Shown here piece by piece: positions 51,243-64,000 of a DNA stretch of 64,000 nucleotides. The position numbers were made by a program, and so were the translations under genes. Every line of letters starts with the position of its first letter. The stretch's first letter is position 1. Source of the stretch: Cyanophora paradoxa CCMP329 (Eukaryota; Plantae; Glaucophyta); NCBI GenBank assembly GCA_004431415.1, contig QPMI01000530.1, positions 1 through 64,000 of the forward strand, written 5' to 3'. The notes under the pieces are model-generated. The model made no database searches. It was not told the DNA's origin and saw only the letters and a list, made by a program, of their open reading frames with translations.

Positions 51243-51896
51243 CTGTCAGCTCAGCCCCGCGCAGGAGAGCGAGGGCTCATCGTCAGATGGGGAGGGTCAC
51301 GGGGAGGGTCCACTGTCCCTCCCTGTACCCCCGGCCCCGCCGGCCCCGCCCCAGCCGGCCCCGCCCCTGCCCGGCTCCTGGCTTGCGTCCCTACCCCCCT
51401 CCCTCGAAGCCCTCTCCGTTTGAGGCGTCCAGGTACCGGTACCCCTTCCCTCTCCCCCCTCCCTTCCCTTCCCCCGACGTCCAGGACCAAGGTCCGCGCA
51501 GGGCGTAACCCCCTCTGACGTCTCCCGTCTCCTCTCATCCCGCCCCTACGTATACCTCCGACTCGCCCTCCGCCGGGTGCGTACCCCTCCTTCCCCGCCC
51601 CCTTCCGTTCACGATCTTACGCCCCTGTACCCCCAGATCGAGCTTGCGAGCGCCTACGAGGTGGGGGCTTGGCGGGAGGCCTCCGCGGCGCGCGCCCCGC
51701 CGGCCGCCCTCTACGAATGCGACTCGGTACCCCCCCTCCATCCCCCCGCACGAACATACCCCTCTGACCCGGTACCCCCCAGGGCGAGGGCCTGCTGGAG
51801 TGCGCGGACGTGTGCAGGGGGCTCGGGGAGGGGGCGGGGTCCGGGGAGGCCTCTGCGGAGGGCGGGCCTGAGCTTCGAATTCTGTACGTCATGTGA
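51243..51896 (+). pseudogene. 5'-truncated copy of the F-box gene 3' end
   Basis: Near-identical to about 28503-29136; CGA>TGA nonsense change at 51421 and small insertions. Confidence 0.85.
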
Positions 51897-52559
51897 ACAT
51901 GACCCGCTGAGTCACGGCTTCACCGGCTGGCCGAGGCTCGGCGCCGGCCACAGCGCTTCAAATTTGATTTCCGATACCGAAGTTAACCTTGTGCATTGCA
52001 GTTTCAACGAGCCATGACATGCAAATAGTCTAGTATGTCTATGAGTGCAGTATATCTGTGCGAATCTATTACTGTGCTCTACTTCAATTACTGTGCGAAT
52101 CAATAGCTAAAGCTAATGAAGAGATCAAATTCGAACGGCGTTGCCTTCCGGATCCTAGTGAATCTGTAGCTAAGAGTGAGAGTTTCCGAGTTCCTACATG
52201 TGTGAAAATCCTGTCTGAAACGACCACTGTCCGGCTGCAAATTTAGAGCGGAACAGCCTGCAGGCTGCAGCAATATTGATAGACCAATATTTAATTGATT
52301 AGCAGTTTACGTATTAAGGTGCACTGCAATATGAATAAAAAATTCCTCCCGCGGAGTCCGCGCGAACCGTCAAAAAATCAATACACCCAATCCGACGCTT
52401 ACTTAGTTTCTAACCAGAAGATCTCAAACGAGATCTTTCAGGTCTATCTCTCACGACGTTTTCTAAAATGTATTCTATGGCAGACATCATAAGAATATCT
52501 TCTCTAAGATTCAACTGGAAGCGGCAGACATGTAAATGTAGATAGAGGTAAATGAAACG

Positions 52560-53254
52560 GAAGAGAGAGAGAGCGCTACAGCACAATTGTCCTTGTGCCC
52601 GAGCCCCGAGGCGGCGGTGGCCGCTCTAGCGCGGCGGGGGCGGGCGACGGCAGCGACGAGCGGCGGCCTACATATACCTCGAGGCCAGCCGCGGGCGGCG
52701 GCTGAGGCGGCGGCGCCGAGGGCGGCGGGGGCGGGTCGGCGGGAGCGGCGGCGGCGCCCACGCGCTCCTGGGCGAGCTCGTGCAGCTCCTGCTCGTCGTC
52801 CTCCTGCGCCGGGCGTGAGAACATAGCGCGTGAAAGGCCGTACGCGGCTGCAGCTCGAAATAGAGAGCCTCGGAGGCGTTCTATGGCATCGATCACAGCT
52901 CAAGGCCGCAAGCCAAGGCCGCCCGCACCACGCCGCCGAAGAGGAGAGCTCCCAAGCTCGTGGGCGCGGCAAGCGCCGCGTCGCCCTGGCGCAACCGTCC
53001 GGCCTCCTGCTCGCGCCCGCCCGGCACCGGCGCGGCCGCGGCCGCGGGCCCGGAGGGATCCACATACACAACCCGAGCGTCGCTGCCCCCGGCGCCTGTG
53101 CCCGCACCGGGGTTCCGGCTCGGCCGGAACCTGAGCCGCTGGGCCGCTGCCAGGCGGCTCCGCCAGAAGACCTGCGCCAAAGGGCCCTGGGTTCAGCGGA
53201 CGCTCGAGGGGCCGGCTCGGTGAGTAACCGACTGCAAACAGCACGACTCGCCAT
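52560..53254 (-). CDS. small multi-exon gene of unknown function
   Basis: ATG at 53254; exons LAQVFWRSRL...LGALLFGG, NASEALYFELQ and EDDEQELHELAQER are separated by GT-AG introns; the 3' end is uncertain. Confidence 0.45.
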
Positions 53255-53359
53255 GCGGAAAATCCAGCGGAAGAGAAGGAAGATCTTTTGGAAGAAGAAC
53301 CTGGGGCAAATTCGCGAAATCAGATCTAAGAGAAGCGTTCACGCTGTCAGGGTTTTGTT

Positions 53360-56300
53360 CTAGATGTCTGATCGATCATAATCTACGCTGGAGCCGCTCG
53401 GAGCTCTAAAGATAGCCGCTCGGAGCTCTTTAGCTAGGCTCCTGCATCTTTGATGTGCAAAGAGGCGCACTCGAACATCTTGCGCTCGGCGCGGAACTGG
53501 TTCAGGAAGAGGATGCCCACCGCCACAATCTGCCCCCGCCAAAGTTCTATTAGACATATCGAAATTTATATATAAAGGATTAGCTCTTTTTCATTATGAT
53601 TTGTTGAAGATCTGCTCTCTTGCTCTGTTCGCACTGCGGGCCGGGCGGGGGCCACGCGGCGGGACCGGGGGACGATAAAGGGGCGCGCCTGGATGATGGA
53701 GGCGGCGAAGGCCATAGTGGGGACGCCCTCCGCCGCCGGGTCCCCCGCGATCTGCGACCGCAAAAGGCTCTAAGAAGAAGGGGCGACGCTTTGTTCGATG
53801 TCTTAGCTCTGGATCTTTGCTCTTTTAAGTTTAAATTTCATTTATTAATGTTCGGGGCGGCGCACGACGAGGAGGAGGGAAAGGACGGTTAGCTGGAGCG
53901 CGTTGATGACCAGCTGGACGTAGTTCTCGATCCTGCGAACGAGGGGCGGGGCGAACGTCAGGCGGGGATCGACCGGGGCCGGTTCGAGGCGTGGGAGCGG
54001 GATTCGCGAAACCCACCACTCGCTGCGAAACGGATCATAATTATGGTCAGAGGGGGCGGAGCGCACGCGCGCGACATCGCGCGCGGCGCGGCGCACCAGA
54101 ACGGCCAGGAAGCGATCACGTAGATAACCTGGCGAACCGGAGCTCAGTTCTAGATCTCAGAATCTTATAAACGAAAGCCGGACAGCCGACCTCGATTCCG
54201 TTGATGGAAATGAGGATCCCGAGCTGGAGGGCCGTGTACCTGAACCAAATTAAAGTTAGAAGGAGCTAAGACCTCGCCTAAATTAAAAGATAAAGAGCTG
54301 TAGCCAGGGCACCAGAAGGCGGGGCCGGCGTCGCCCGCGTTGGGGTCGATGATGAGGCCGACGGCGAGGCCCGAGAGCACCTTGCGGACCAGGTCCCAAA
54401 TCTGCCCGAAGGCGCGTCCCATCCCTTAGATACGTTTACATTCGAGACCGTCTCTACGAGATCATCACTTTAATAGAGCTCCCAATTTAAGAATATATAT
54501 GTAAAGGATCGTCTGTTTGTAGCGACGCGTCGCTTCCAACGAACGATTTCGCGCACCCCGAACCCTGCCCGCGAGAAGCTGAGTCAGCGGGCGCCGCACA
54601 AAGCGGAGACAGCGGGGGCTAATTTGCAATTGAGCATGACTCACATTTCCCGAAGTTGTCGCCTCTGGTCGCGGAGATCGCACGTGATCGCGAGTGAGTT
54701 GGGCGCGACCGAGCGCGTCGCCGAGCGCTGTCACCTGTAGGGCACGAAGAAGGGGTCGTACGTCCACCGGAAATTGCGCGCTGGGGACCCGCGTCAGCGC
54801 GCAGCCGCGGGTCGATCGCAGGCGCCGTTTTCGTTCGATCGCACCGCTCCACAGCTGCTTTCCGGCCTTCCGCTTCCGAGGGTCGAGCACCCCTGCACGA
54901 GGCATAAACGTTAACATCGAAGAGCGATGGAATGAGTCCTGTGGAAAACAGGCGGGTGCGCACAGGCGCCGCGCTCCCAGTTCATCCAGACGGCGACGAG
55001 GCGGAGGCGGTGGCGGAGGAGCGAGTCGTGCCACCAGCGCGCCAGGCGGCGCCGCCCCTCGCGGGACTCCCGGACCTGAAAGCAAAACTTAAGCACTTCT
55101 TCAAGGCTAAAACAGCAATTTATAGTAAGATAAGCCGCGCGCGCCATGCGCCGGAACCATCGCTTCGTGCGGTTGTACTCGTCCATGGGCTTCGAGTCTG
55201 CCGGGAAGAGCTCCAGCGCGGCGGCGGCCGCGCGCTTCGACGTGTTCGCCGCCGACGCCGATGTTGCCGCCGCCGGCTTCGAAATTTCCGCGGGGCGAGG
55301 CTCCGGATTCGCGCCGGAGCTGCCCAAAGGCACCGGGACAAGCTTGAACACCGCGGCGAGGGCGGCGCCGGCCCCGCCCCGATCGCGGGGCGCGTGCCCG
55401 TGGTGCCCTTGGTGTCCGTGGCCGTGGCCGTGATGGTGCACGTGCTCGTGCAGGAATCCCGGGGTCGCCACAGCGGCTGTGGCCGCGGCCGTGACGGCCG
55501 CCCCCTCCGCCCCTTCCATCATCGCCTGCTGCTTCTGGCGGAAGAGCCTGAGCTCGTCCTGCGCTCCGGGAAAACGAAGACTCGTCAGAAGCGCCCGGAA
55601 ACGTTCGGGCGAGGCGGCTCGGGTTGTCGCCGTCTAGATCTCGCATGCGCCCGATACTTGGTATATGACCATGGGCGATCTAGATCTAAGCGTCGTCAGA
55701 CTCGTCAGATACTTGGTCGAGTTTTGGAGTGTCGTCGCCGTCTAGATCTTGCAGGCGTCCGGATCCGACATTTGGCAAAAGCGAAGCAATATCCAGCATT
55801 GAAGCGATCTAGAGCTCTCGTGACCCGTGTTTAAAGCGATTTTATATAAGCGATTGGCCAGCGTGGCCCGTGGGCCCGCGCCTGCTCGTGCTCGAGGTTC
55901 TCCATCTCGGCGTCGTCGTCCTCGCGGTGCTCGCCCGCCCACATCGCCCGCCAGTCCGGCTCGTCGTGGTCCAGCCTGCGAGAATCGGTTTGCACTCAAT
56001 TTTGCAGATCGCAACGAAGACCGCGATGAATGCTGGCGCCGCCGACTCGGCGGGGCGAACCAGATGATCTCGCTCTCGAAGGAGAGGCGCCAGATGATGA
56101 CGCTGACCGTGAACACGAAGAAGAGCCCGCCGACGCCGGCCTGGAATCCGAGGAGGTCAGCCGCGGCCGAGATTAAAGTATATTATGTTAGTCAAGGCAA
56201 GCCGAAACTTTATTGTATCACGGGTATCACAGGGTGCGGCTGTGGCCAACCGATTGCAAGGCGACAACGGCATCGCTAGCGGCGGCGGCGGATTCTCTGG

Positions 56301-59300
56301 CGAAGGCAAGCGGCCTTTTGAAGGCGGAACTTCTTCTGTTCGTTTTCGATACGTATATACGGCGCGCACCACTAGGATTGCGCCGATGGTCTGCCAGTAG
56401 GTATCGTTGAGCCGCGCCGTTGCCGCGCAGGCAAGCACGAAGCCCTGAGATGGCGATTCAATTCGAGGCAAGAGCAGCGTTGACGTCGGTGTAGACGCAC
56501 TTCGTACGCGAGGATGAGGACCGTGATCTGGGGCTGGGGCCAGCGAGTAAGAACAAAGTAAGATTGAGCTTAAGCTTAATGACGGCGGCAGCACCTTAGG
56601 GAACCAAATGATCTTCGGCGTCTCCTTGAGCTTCAGGACGTAGCGGCAGAGGAGGAAGCCGACGGTCTGTAGGGTTGTGATGCCCACCATCAGAACCAGC
56701 GTCCAGAATCTGCGCGCGATTTCCAAGTCACGCGAATTCGAAGCAATTTCCAAGTCACGCGAATTCGAAGCAATTTCCAAGTCACGCGAATTCGAAGCAC
56801 TGCGGCACGATATCGGTGGCTTATATATAATTAAATTTACGCACAGGCTTTCTTCCAAAAACGGCGCGCCAAGTTCCCCTGTGCGTGCGAACCGCGCGAT
56901 CAGCGGCCGCGCGGAAGCCGCTAACGGAATTCCCGCACCTCCGGCCTCTCGGCTGAACGAGTTGAGGCCCAGGAGGCGCCTCCCGCGCGGCCCGGACGCG
57001 CCCTTGGAGCTGTTCTGCGTCCTCTGTCCGAACTGCTCGGCAGGGCAAGGGGTGGTCGCGGTCAGGGGCGGGCCGGGATTGGAGGAGCTCAGGCCGCGGC
57101 AGCGTACCCCTCCCAGGTAGAGCATGGTCCACTGAGGTACAGTTCAGTTCAGCCACGAGCCGCCCGGCGGATCGAGACGGCGCTGCGCGTGCGCGGCGGA
57201 CCTGAGTGGAGGATGCGGTAGAGTTGTACGTTCCCGGCAGATTCATCGCCAGGAAGCTGTCGGGGGCGTTATATATGCGTGGCTGCGGAAAACTAGACGG
57301 AAATTTGAATAGCGTCTGCTCGCTCACCTTGTCTCCGAAATGAATTGAGCCTGGTTGATAATTCCGTAGGCGCCGCTCCCGCTGCCTCCGCCGCCTCCGA
57401 TGCTGTCGGTGGCTTTAGCGTGTACTGCGACTCGCATCTGGCTGTGCCCGCGCCGACTCACCCCCCTCCCATGGACGCGCCGACCGAGCTCCCGACGGAC
57501 GAGGCAACGCCTGCAGATTGCGATTCATTAAAACGCCGCTCGAAAGCAAGACTCGTCGGCCGCACCCGATGCAATGGCGACGGCGACGGCGACGGTGATG
57601 GCGCGCCCGATGGTCTCACCGATGTCCGTCTCGTCGCCCCCCGGGGGCGCCTTCCCCTCGCAGATCGCCTGCGCGATGTCCCCCGCCGCCTTCTCCACCT
57701 CCTCCTGCAGCTCCAGCGTGATTGGGAACATCGTCGTCGTGTTCGGCTGCGATCGCGAGACGGACGGTCGGCTCGCTCCAAAGGAGGGGGCGGAGGGCGG
57801 GGGCCGGGGGGCGTGCCTGCGTAACGATTTCCCGGAAGAGGCCGAAGCCGTTGCCGAAGCCGTACGGATCTGAGACCACGGGCACCGCGAAGACCTGCGC
57901 ACGGAATGATAATGCGATCGAAGCGGACGAAAGTAAGGTTGTCACGTTGTTGCGCCGGATCGCGCGGATGCTCGCGTTGCGCGCCTCGGCCGCGTCCAGA
58001 GGCTCGTCGAAGCTAACGACCAGCATCGAGCGCACGACGCCCTGGAGACGGCGGCGTCGTCACAGACACGGACGGGCAGCCTCGACGTCGCACGTCCATG
58101 CGACACGCACCGTGCGGCGGCTGGACTCTATCGCGACGCGGCCGGCGTCGATGCCGCGCGCGAGCAGGCGCGGCATAACCGGATTCGTCTCCTGCACATT
58201 TCGCCGCGGCGTCAGGAAAAGCGAAGGGAAGCGAAAGGGAAGGAAAGCGGACGGAGGGGAGGGCCCGATTGACGACGGCGTCGTAGGCGGCCTTCACTTC
58301 GGCGCGGGCGATGACGACGCTCGCGTTGCCCGCCGGCGGCAGCCCGTACCGCACGATCCACGCGTAAGAGTCCGGGCCCTGCGCAGGCGACGCCTTGTGA
58401 GAAACGCGAAGCGAGAGAAGAAGCGAGATTGCGGTCGGGCGCGCCTGGAGCCAGAAGGGGCGCAGGAGTTTCTGGAGGAAACTGCCCGTGATCGCGTTGT
58501 ACGAGGCCTCAGAGGTGGACGCGTCCAGCAGGATAACGAGGTCCTGCGGGGCGGGGCGGGGCAGAGACTGTCAGCGCGTGCGCAGGCCAAGGGAGGGCCA
58601 CCGCTCGTAATCGGTGTCGCAAAGAGCCGAGCTACTCGCCTTAGCCTGCAATGAAAGGAATTACACGAAAGCAAAAAGCGGAGGAGGGGGCCAGAAAGCC
58701 AGAGCGCACCACATTGCAGGTGTACTCTTTTTTGCACGAAGCGAAGCACGGCAAAACGCGAGGCGAAGAGCGGTTAGATAGATGCATATGCGAAATTTGT
58801 ATCAATTTCAAACAGCGCCGGCAGACCGTCGACGACGTAGAGCGTCAGGACGTCCGACTCGGCGTACAGGTTCTCGTCGTCCAGCGCTGCGCCCAAGAAC
58901 GACAATTGGACGGGCAAGAGCCCGAATGAAAAAGCGTAAGCGAGGTCGACTTCAGAATAATAAAAGAATAATAAAACTAAGTGGGCTAAAGAGCAGGGGG
59001 TCGAGGAGCTCGTTAGGCACGCGGACCGATGGCGCGGACGGTGTAGTTGCCCGGCTTGAGCTCGAAGCGCGCCGTGTCCGTGGTCGAAGACTGGAGAACG
59101 TCGTCGAGGTACCTGCGCGTTACATTCCGCCCGTGAGGCCGGCGCGCGAGCGACGCCGAGGCGCCGGCTTCGGACCACTCGTAGAACTGCGCATCCACGA
59201 CGCCCGGTGGGCGGTCGAACGAGACGATCGCCACGTCGACGGTGCCGATTTTGGTCCGTTTGTCGACAATCTGCGACCGGAAGTTAAATCTCGCAGCGAG

Positions 59301-62300
59301 CTGAAAATGCAATGGATGTGCTTTGCGCACGATGTAGTTGTACTTTGAGGCGGGGACTATGGACAAAGGCGGCGTGCTCGGCGGCTCGTTCCCCAGCGGC
59401 CTGTTGGCGGAGAGGGAGACGCGAGTGGCCACGATGCGCGGGAGGCGACCCGTGCCGGACTGCAGAACGCCCCTGCGCGATCCGCTCGAAGACTTCGAAA
59501 AGTCCGCGGGCGTCATCTTCTGCAGTGCCTTAAAGATTTCCGTCCCCGTCGTGTCTGTCGTCAGGCGTGGCGTCAGAATCAGCGGCAAAGGCGGAGGTGG
59601 AGCACGGTGCACCGAGGACGGCGGGAATCTGGGCCGAGATTGCGCCCGAGCCGCTCCCGTCGTTGCAGCGCGTTGCCCGGACCTGTACATAACCGCATAA
59701 GCGCCAGCGCTCCAATTCTTCCGTATCCGCAAAGCCGGGATTTCATAAGGTGCGGCAGCGAACCTCGCCGAAGGATGAGGGATCCAGGGTTCTCCCGAGG
59801 AACCCTCCGAAGGCCGCGGCTACCGTCGGGGCCCCGGTCGTCGCGTTGAACCACGCCGCAAAGGCGGCCGCCTCTTGCTCGACGCAGACCACGGCGGTCG
59901 CAACTGCTCGCGGCTCAGGCCTCGACCTCAAATGCGAGCAGGGCCGACTTACTCATGCGGTGCAGCACGCGCACGCGGACAACAGTCGTGTTCGACTGCC
60001 CCAGCTTGTCCATCACAGTGAGCTGGAACCTGCGGCCAAGACGCGTTCAGTGCACTTGTGCGATTGCAATGGCCTGTCAGGCCGCGCACGTTGTTAGACC
60101 GACAAGCAGGCGCCGGGCCTTGGTCGAGACTGCTGTGGGCTCCTCGAGGACGGCGGGTCGCTTCGGGTTCGACAGCTCAATCTGCACCCACGTGAGACGC
60201 GGGGCGGCGAGGGCGTAAACAGTCAAAAGCGCGCCTGCGTCCAGGAGAAGGCAGACACCGGGCGCCCGTCGCAAGTGACGCTGCCGGTCGCGTCGAGAAG
60301 AATGTGCCTCCGTCCCGCCTCGACCGTGATGAACTCCGATGGGCCTACAGTGCCAGAACGGTGTCAACGGCATATGCAGATGCAGGAGATCGAGCGGCAG
60401 TTGCCCACGCCCCGCACGTCACTCACCGATCTTGTCGATGGGCTCTGAGACCCTCGCGAAAGCCGTTGGAGGTAGCCCGAGGCACGGGTCTGGTGTGGGC
60501 GCCGACTTGATCGGGAACTCATTGCTCCCGTTCGAAACTGCAAGGCTGGGACCGGTCGCGAGGCTGCTCCCGCTCGAGTTGCTCGCGCCACCACCGACGG
60601 TGACGTTTACAGTGAAGCGGTACTGGCCGGCCGGCAGGTCCCGTGGTAGCACCCAGTCGGAGCTCTGGATTCGGTTGTCTGTCGCGACAACCCGCACCAC
60701 GGCATTCGAGGCAACAGACACGAGCGCAACCCTTGCAGCCACATCCGCGCTGCGCGGTACGCCCGTCGAGTTCCATTTGACGCTGCGACGCAGTCAGACT
60801 GGATCAAAAGCTCGCAGTGGTAGGGCTTGACTGAGATTGCAAGGGCGCGCACGTGTACTGCTGGCCAGGTGTGAGTGCCAGGATTGTTGCGACGAAGATC
60901 GATGGCCGGGCGGCAGAAATTTCGAAAATGTTGCTCGTGCTGCTGAGCTTCCAGTTCTGGACGCCTACCTCGATGTTGTACGTGCCCCCCATCACGTCCT
61001 CTTCGACCTGCCACACGTACGAGCCCGTGTTTGGCGCCACGTCCGCGATTGTCTACGCCGACAGTGCGTAAGGCAAACGCGAACAAGGGGCACAAAACAA
61101 ATTAGAAGGACGCGCCCTGACGCGGTTGTCGCTGGCTCTGACGAGGCGAATGGACGCGTGAAGCGCGGCGACGTTTGCGAGGTCCCAGCGGATCGTGATG
61201 CGCTTGCCCGCACGGAAACCAGTGCGCCCGTCGGGCAGGCGGACGATGATGTACGCCGGCGGCATATCCAACACAAACTACGCATGACGTGAGACACGTC
61301 GTCGCAGATGCAAAGCAGGTGAATTACGTGCCTGAGTTGAGGCAGACTTGACGACAGCATCCACGAGACGCGTGCTGATCTCGAACGAGTAGACCCCCGT
61401 CGGAAGGCTCGGGTAGGGCACGAACGTGAACGTTCCGCTGTTTTGCCGCACGCAGATCTGCAGTGCATCGGCGTTAGCTCGTGCAGAGGCGCTTAGCCCA
61501 TCGAGCCGCTGAGCGCCAGCCATGGGGCGCACCGGAAGAGACTTGCCCGTCGCGAAATTCGTCATGGATATTTGAACGAGTGCCGTGCGCATTATGCCGG
61601 CGCTCGCCCATCGGATCGTGAAGCTCTTTCCAATGTACAAACGCGGCATTTCCGTCGAGCCCAACAGGGGCGCCGGGTTTCGGAAAATGAATCCCGCTGC
61701 GCGAGCGAGGCTCAGCGCACTTTGTTTTTATAATAATCAGTATACTGGACAGCGCACGTTCGCAGGAGAGGCCGACGCAGAAGGGCGGCGTCTGGCCCAC
61801 GGCAGCGTCCGAGAGAACGTCTGCTTTGAGAACGTAGAGCCCGAACGTGATGTCCTCCGGAACGTCCCATACGTATTCGCCCAGAATGTTCCTGACTTTC
61901 GTCTGGAGGAGAGAGCGGCGGGCGCGGGCCGTGCTGTTCCCGCCGGGAGACTGAGGCGCTGCCGTCGCGTTGGATGCGGCCGTCGCTGTCGACGTCGAGT
62001 TGGCCGCGCGCGTCGTATTGGCCGCGCGCGTCCCGTTGACGACGGATGTCCCGTTGAGGGCCTGGTTCGCGAGGCGGACGACGGGCGCGACCGTCCGCAC
62101 GAACTCGATGGGGGGCCACTTCAGCAGGGAGAGCTTGGCGAGGGAGGAGACGACGCTCCTCGGGTTGCCCGACAGGATCGTCAGCACGTACTGGTTCCGT
62201 GGGACCCACGTCGAGTCGACCTGTGGCCCCTCCAGCTCCACCTCGTACGCTGCCATGCGAGTTACATTACAGAAAGCCGCTGGCGGAACACTCGCAGCGC

Positions 62301-64000
62301 GGCGGGAGCCGCGCACGCGACACGGTGAACGGATCCGTGTTGGCGAAGTACGTCCCGACGGGCGTCTTGACCGTCACGCGGACGAAGAGGCCCGTCGCGA
62401 ACGCGTCCACTTCCGCCGCCCACCTCACGAAACCCGACGAGACTTCCTTGGGCGAGGTTGCGATGTTCTAGACATAATGTATCAGCTCGAGCGAGACGTC
62501 GCAGAAACAAAGAGATGGCTGGAAGAGAAAGAGGCAAGTCGGACCTTGACGAGCGTGTCGGACTCGGCGTCCATCAGATCGACGGTGACGACCTGCGGCA
62601 GCGACAGGCCGCGCGCGTACCACCCGATTTCCACGATCGCGCCCAACGTGATCGTGCCTGTTTCGCCGCCGTACAGCGCGGGTGCGTACACAATGACGTC
62701 AGGCGAGACTGTGCCCATGATGGCCTCGATGTCCGCCGGCACGACCTTGAACGGATCGCTCTCAAGGAAGAGGTTCGTGGATATGTTCGGACCGAGCAGA
62801 TCGACGGTCACTCGGTACATTCCGGTGGGGAAGTAGATCGGCAGCTCGGCGAGGCACAGTCCGATGTTCTGCGCGTCGCAGACGGTGAAGGCGTCGACGG
62901 AGCCGTCGATGGGGAAGGCCTGGACGCGGGCCCTTCTGTAGACGGAGACGTCGCACGCCCACGAGGCCGAGACGGGCCCGCCGGCCACGACGACCGTCGT
63001 CCCGTCTGGGTACAGCAGCTGCGGCGGAGAGTCCGAGGCCTGCAGCGCGCATTCGTTGGTCGAACGTCGAAGAAGACCGAGAAACTACTTCAAAATCCAG
63101 GAATTAAAAAGACCTTGGGGGGCTCGGGGATGTAAGGCGCCGTGGGTACCGCGTTCACGAAGGCTGCGACAGCTTCATCAATATTTGAGAGAGAAAGTCG
63201 AGAGCGATCGCGAGCGCCAGTGCAGTTGTACCGTTCGCGAAGCTCGGCACACGGCGGAGGCCCCAGGCGATCAGGCCCGAGGGCCCTCCGACGTAGAAGT
63301 TGCCCGAGTAGAAAAACGAGGCGCGCGAGCCGGCGGCCGGCGGCGCGCCGGACGGGACGAGCTTCATCCAGCTCCCGAGCGGCACGTCGTAGATGAAGAG
63401 CTCCGAGGCCGCGACGGGCTCGTCCGCGGGGCCGTACCCGCCCGTGACGTAGACCTGCGCCTCGCGTGGGCAGGCAGCGCAGATCTCACCGATCTTTTAA
63501 CAAAGGCGAGAATGAAGAACCTGGGAGCCCGTGGAAGAGACCTGGACCGCCGCGAGGGCGCGCGGCGAGGGCGGTTCCCCGAATGCAGCCTCCATGACGA
63601 GCTCGCTGAGCGGCGGCTCGCCTGTCGCAACGGAAGCGTCCAGCCGTGCTAATACGAGCTCGTTGAAGAATTGCTGTGCGCCCTCTCCGGATGTCACTCC
63701 GCCGAACACGAAGAAGGGCGATGCGCCAAAGGCGCCGGGGCTAGCGGCGACGCCGACGCCAGTTCGAGCGGGGCTCGTGAAACGCGTCGTGGGCGCGACG
63801 AGCGACCATTGCAGCGAAGTTAGCTCGAAGGACCACGCGTCGGTAAAGCCTTGGCTGGCCGCGCCCGCGCCTCCCCTGCGCGACGGTGCAATCATGAGCG
63901 CAACAGATTCGGATGCGAGAAGAAATGATGAGAGCGCACGCGAGGAACAGAGTCGTGTCGCCGGCTCGGGCTAGAAGGGCGCCGTAGCGCGGGGCGGGAC
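53360..64000 (-). CDS. very large membrane protein (5' part outside the window): kelch-like propeller, several Ig-like domains, Ser/Thr/Pro stalk and a multi-pass C-terminus resembling Pkd2/Flc TRP-like proteins
   Basis: FTDAWSFELTSLQW...FFVFGG...FFNEL kelch-like; repeated I.W...G...W.VP..LP.G.Y Ig-like units; TM exons YTALQLGILISING, VIYVIASWPFL, DRIENYVQLVINALQLTVLSLLLV and IVAVGILFLNQ; stop at 53360. Confidence 0.65.
56719..56799. repeat. perfect 27-bp intronic tandem repeat x3
   Basis: ATTTCCAAGTCACGCGAATTCGAAGCA x3. Confidence 0.95.

Noticed and set aside
53620-53716. MAFAASIIQARPF... as a plastid transit peptide start
   Set aside because: It fits better as an internal TM exon of the large minus-strand gene, spliced to IVAVGILFLNQ.

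Overview
Eukaryotic, mostly GC-rich nuclear DNA with many short GT(GC)-AG introns (GTGCG/GTACG...GCAG). The style suggests an alga or protist such as a glaucophyte, but that is inference. Host genes: F-box/LRR-like genes, a divergent class-III aminotransferase-like gene, a SUMO-motif-rich gene, a tandemly amplified fibronectin-III-like gene (689-bp exon+intron units), a TPR-like gene and two very large multi-pass membrane proteins with beta-propeller/Ig-like ectodomains. A transposon island (about 38.6-51.2 kb) holds five MITEs and the main finding: a 9.1-kb L1/Tx1-type non-LTR retrotransposon (41831-50940, minus strand) bounded by a 14-bp target-site duplication (CTGCTCCACCTACC) and a poly(A) tail. 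It has no ORF1 upstream of its APE-RT-zinc-finger ORF. Instead, its 3.9-kb 3' half carries a divergent pair of intron-containing genes: a stand-alone RNase H1 hybrid-binding (Cauli_VI-like) protein and a predicted 589-aa AT-hook protein whose six sense-strand introns are still present. All gene models were read by eye; no database searches were run.
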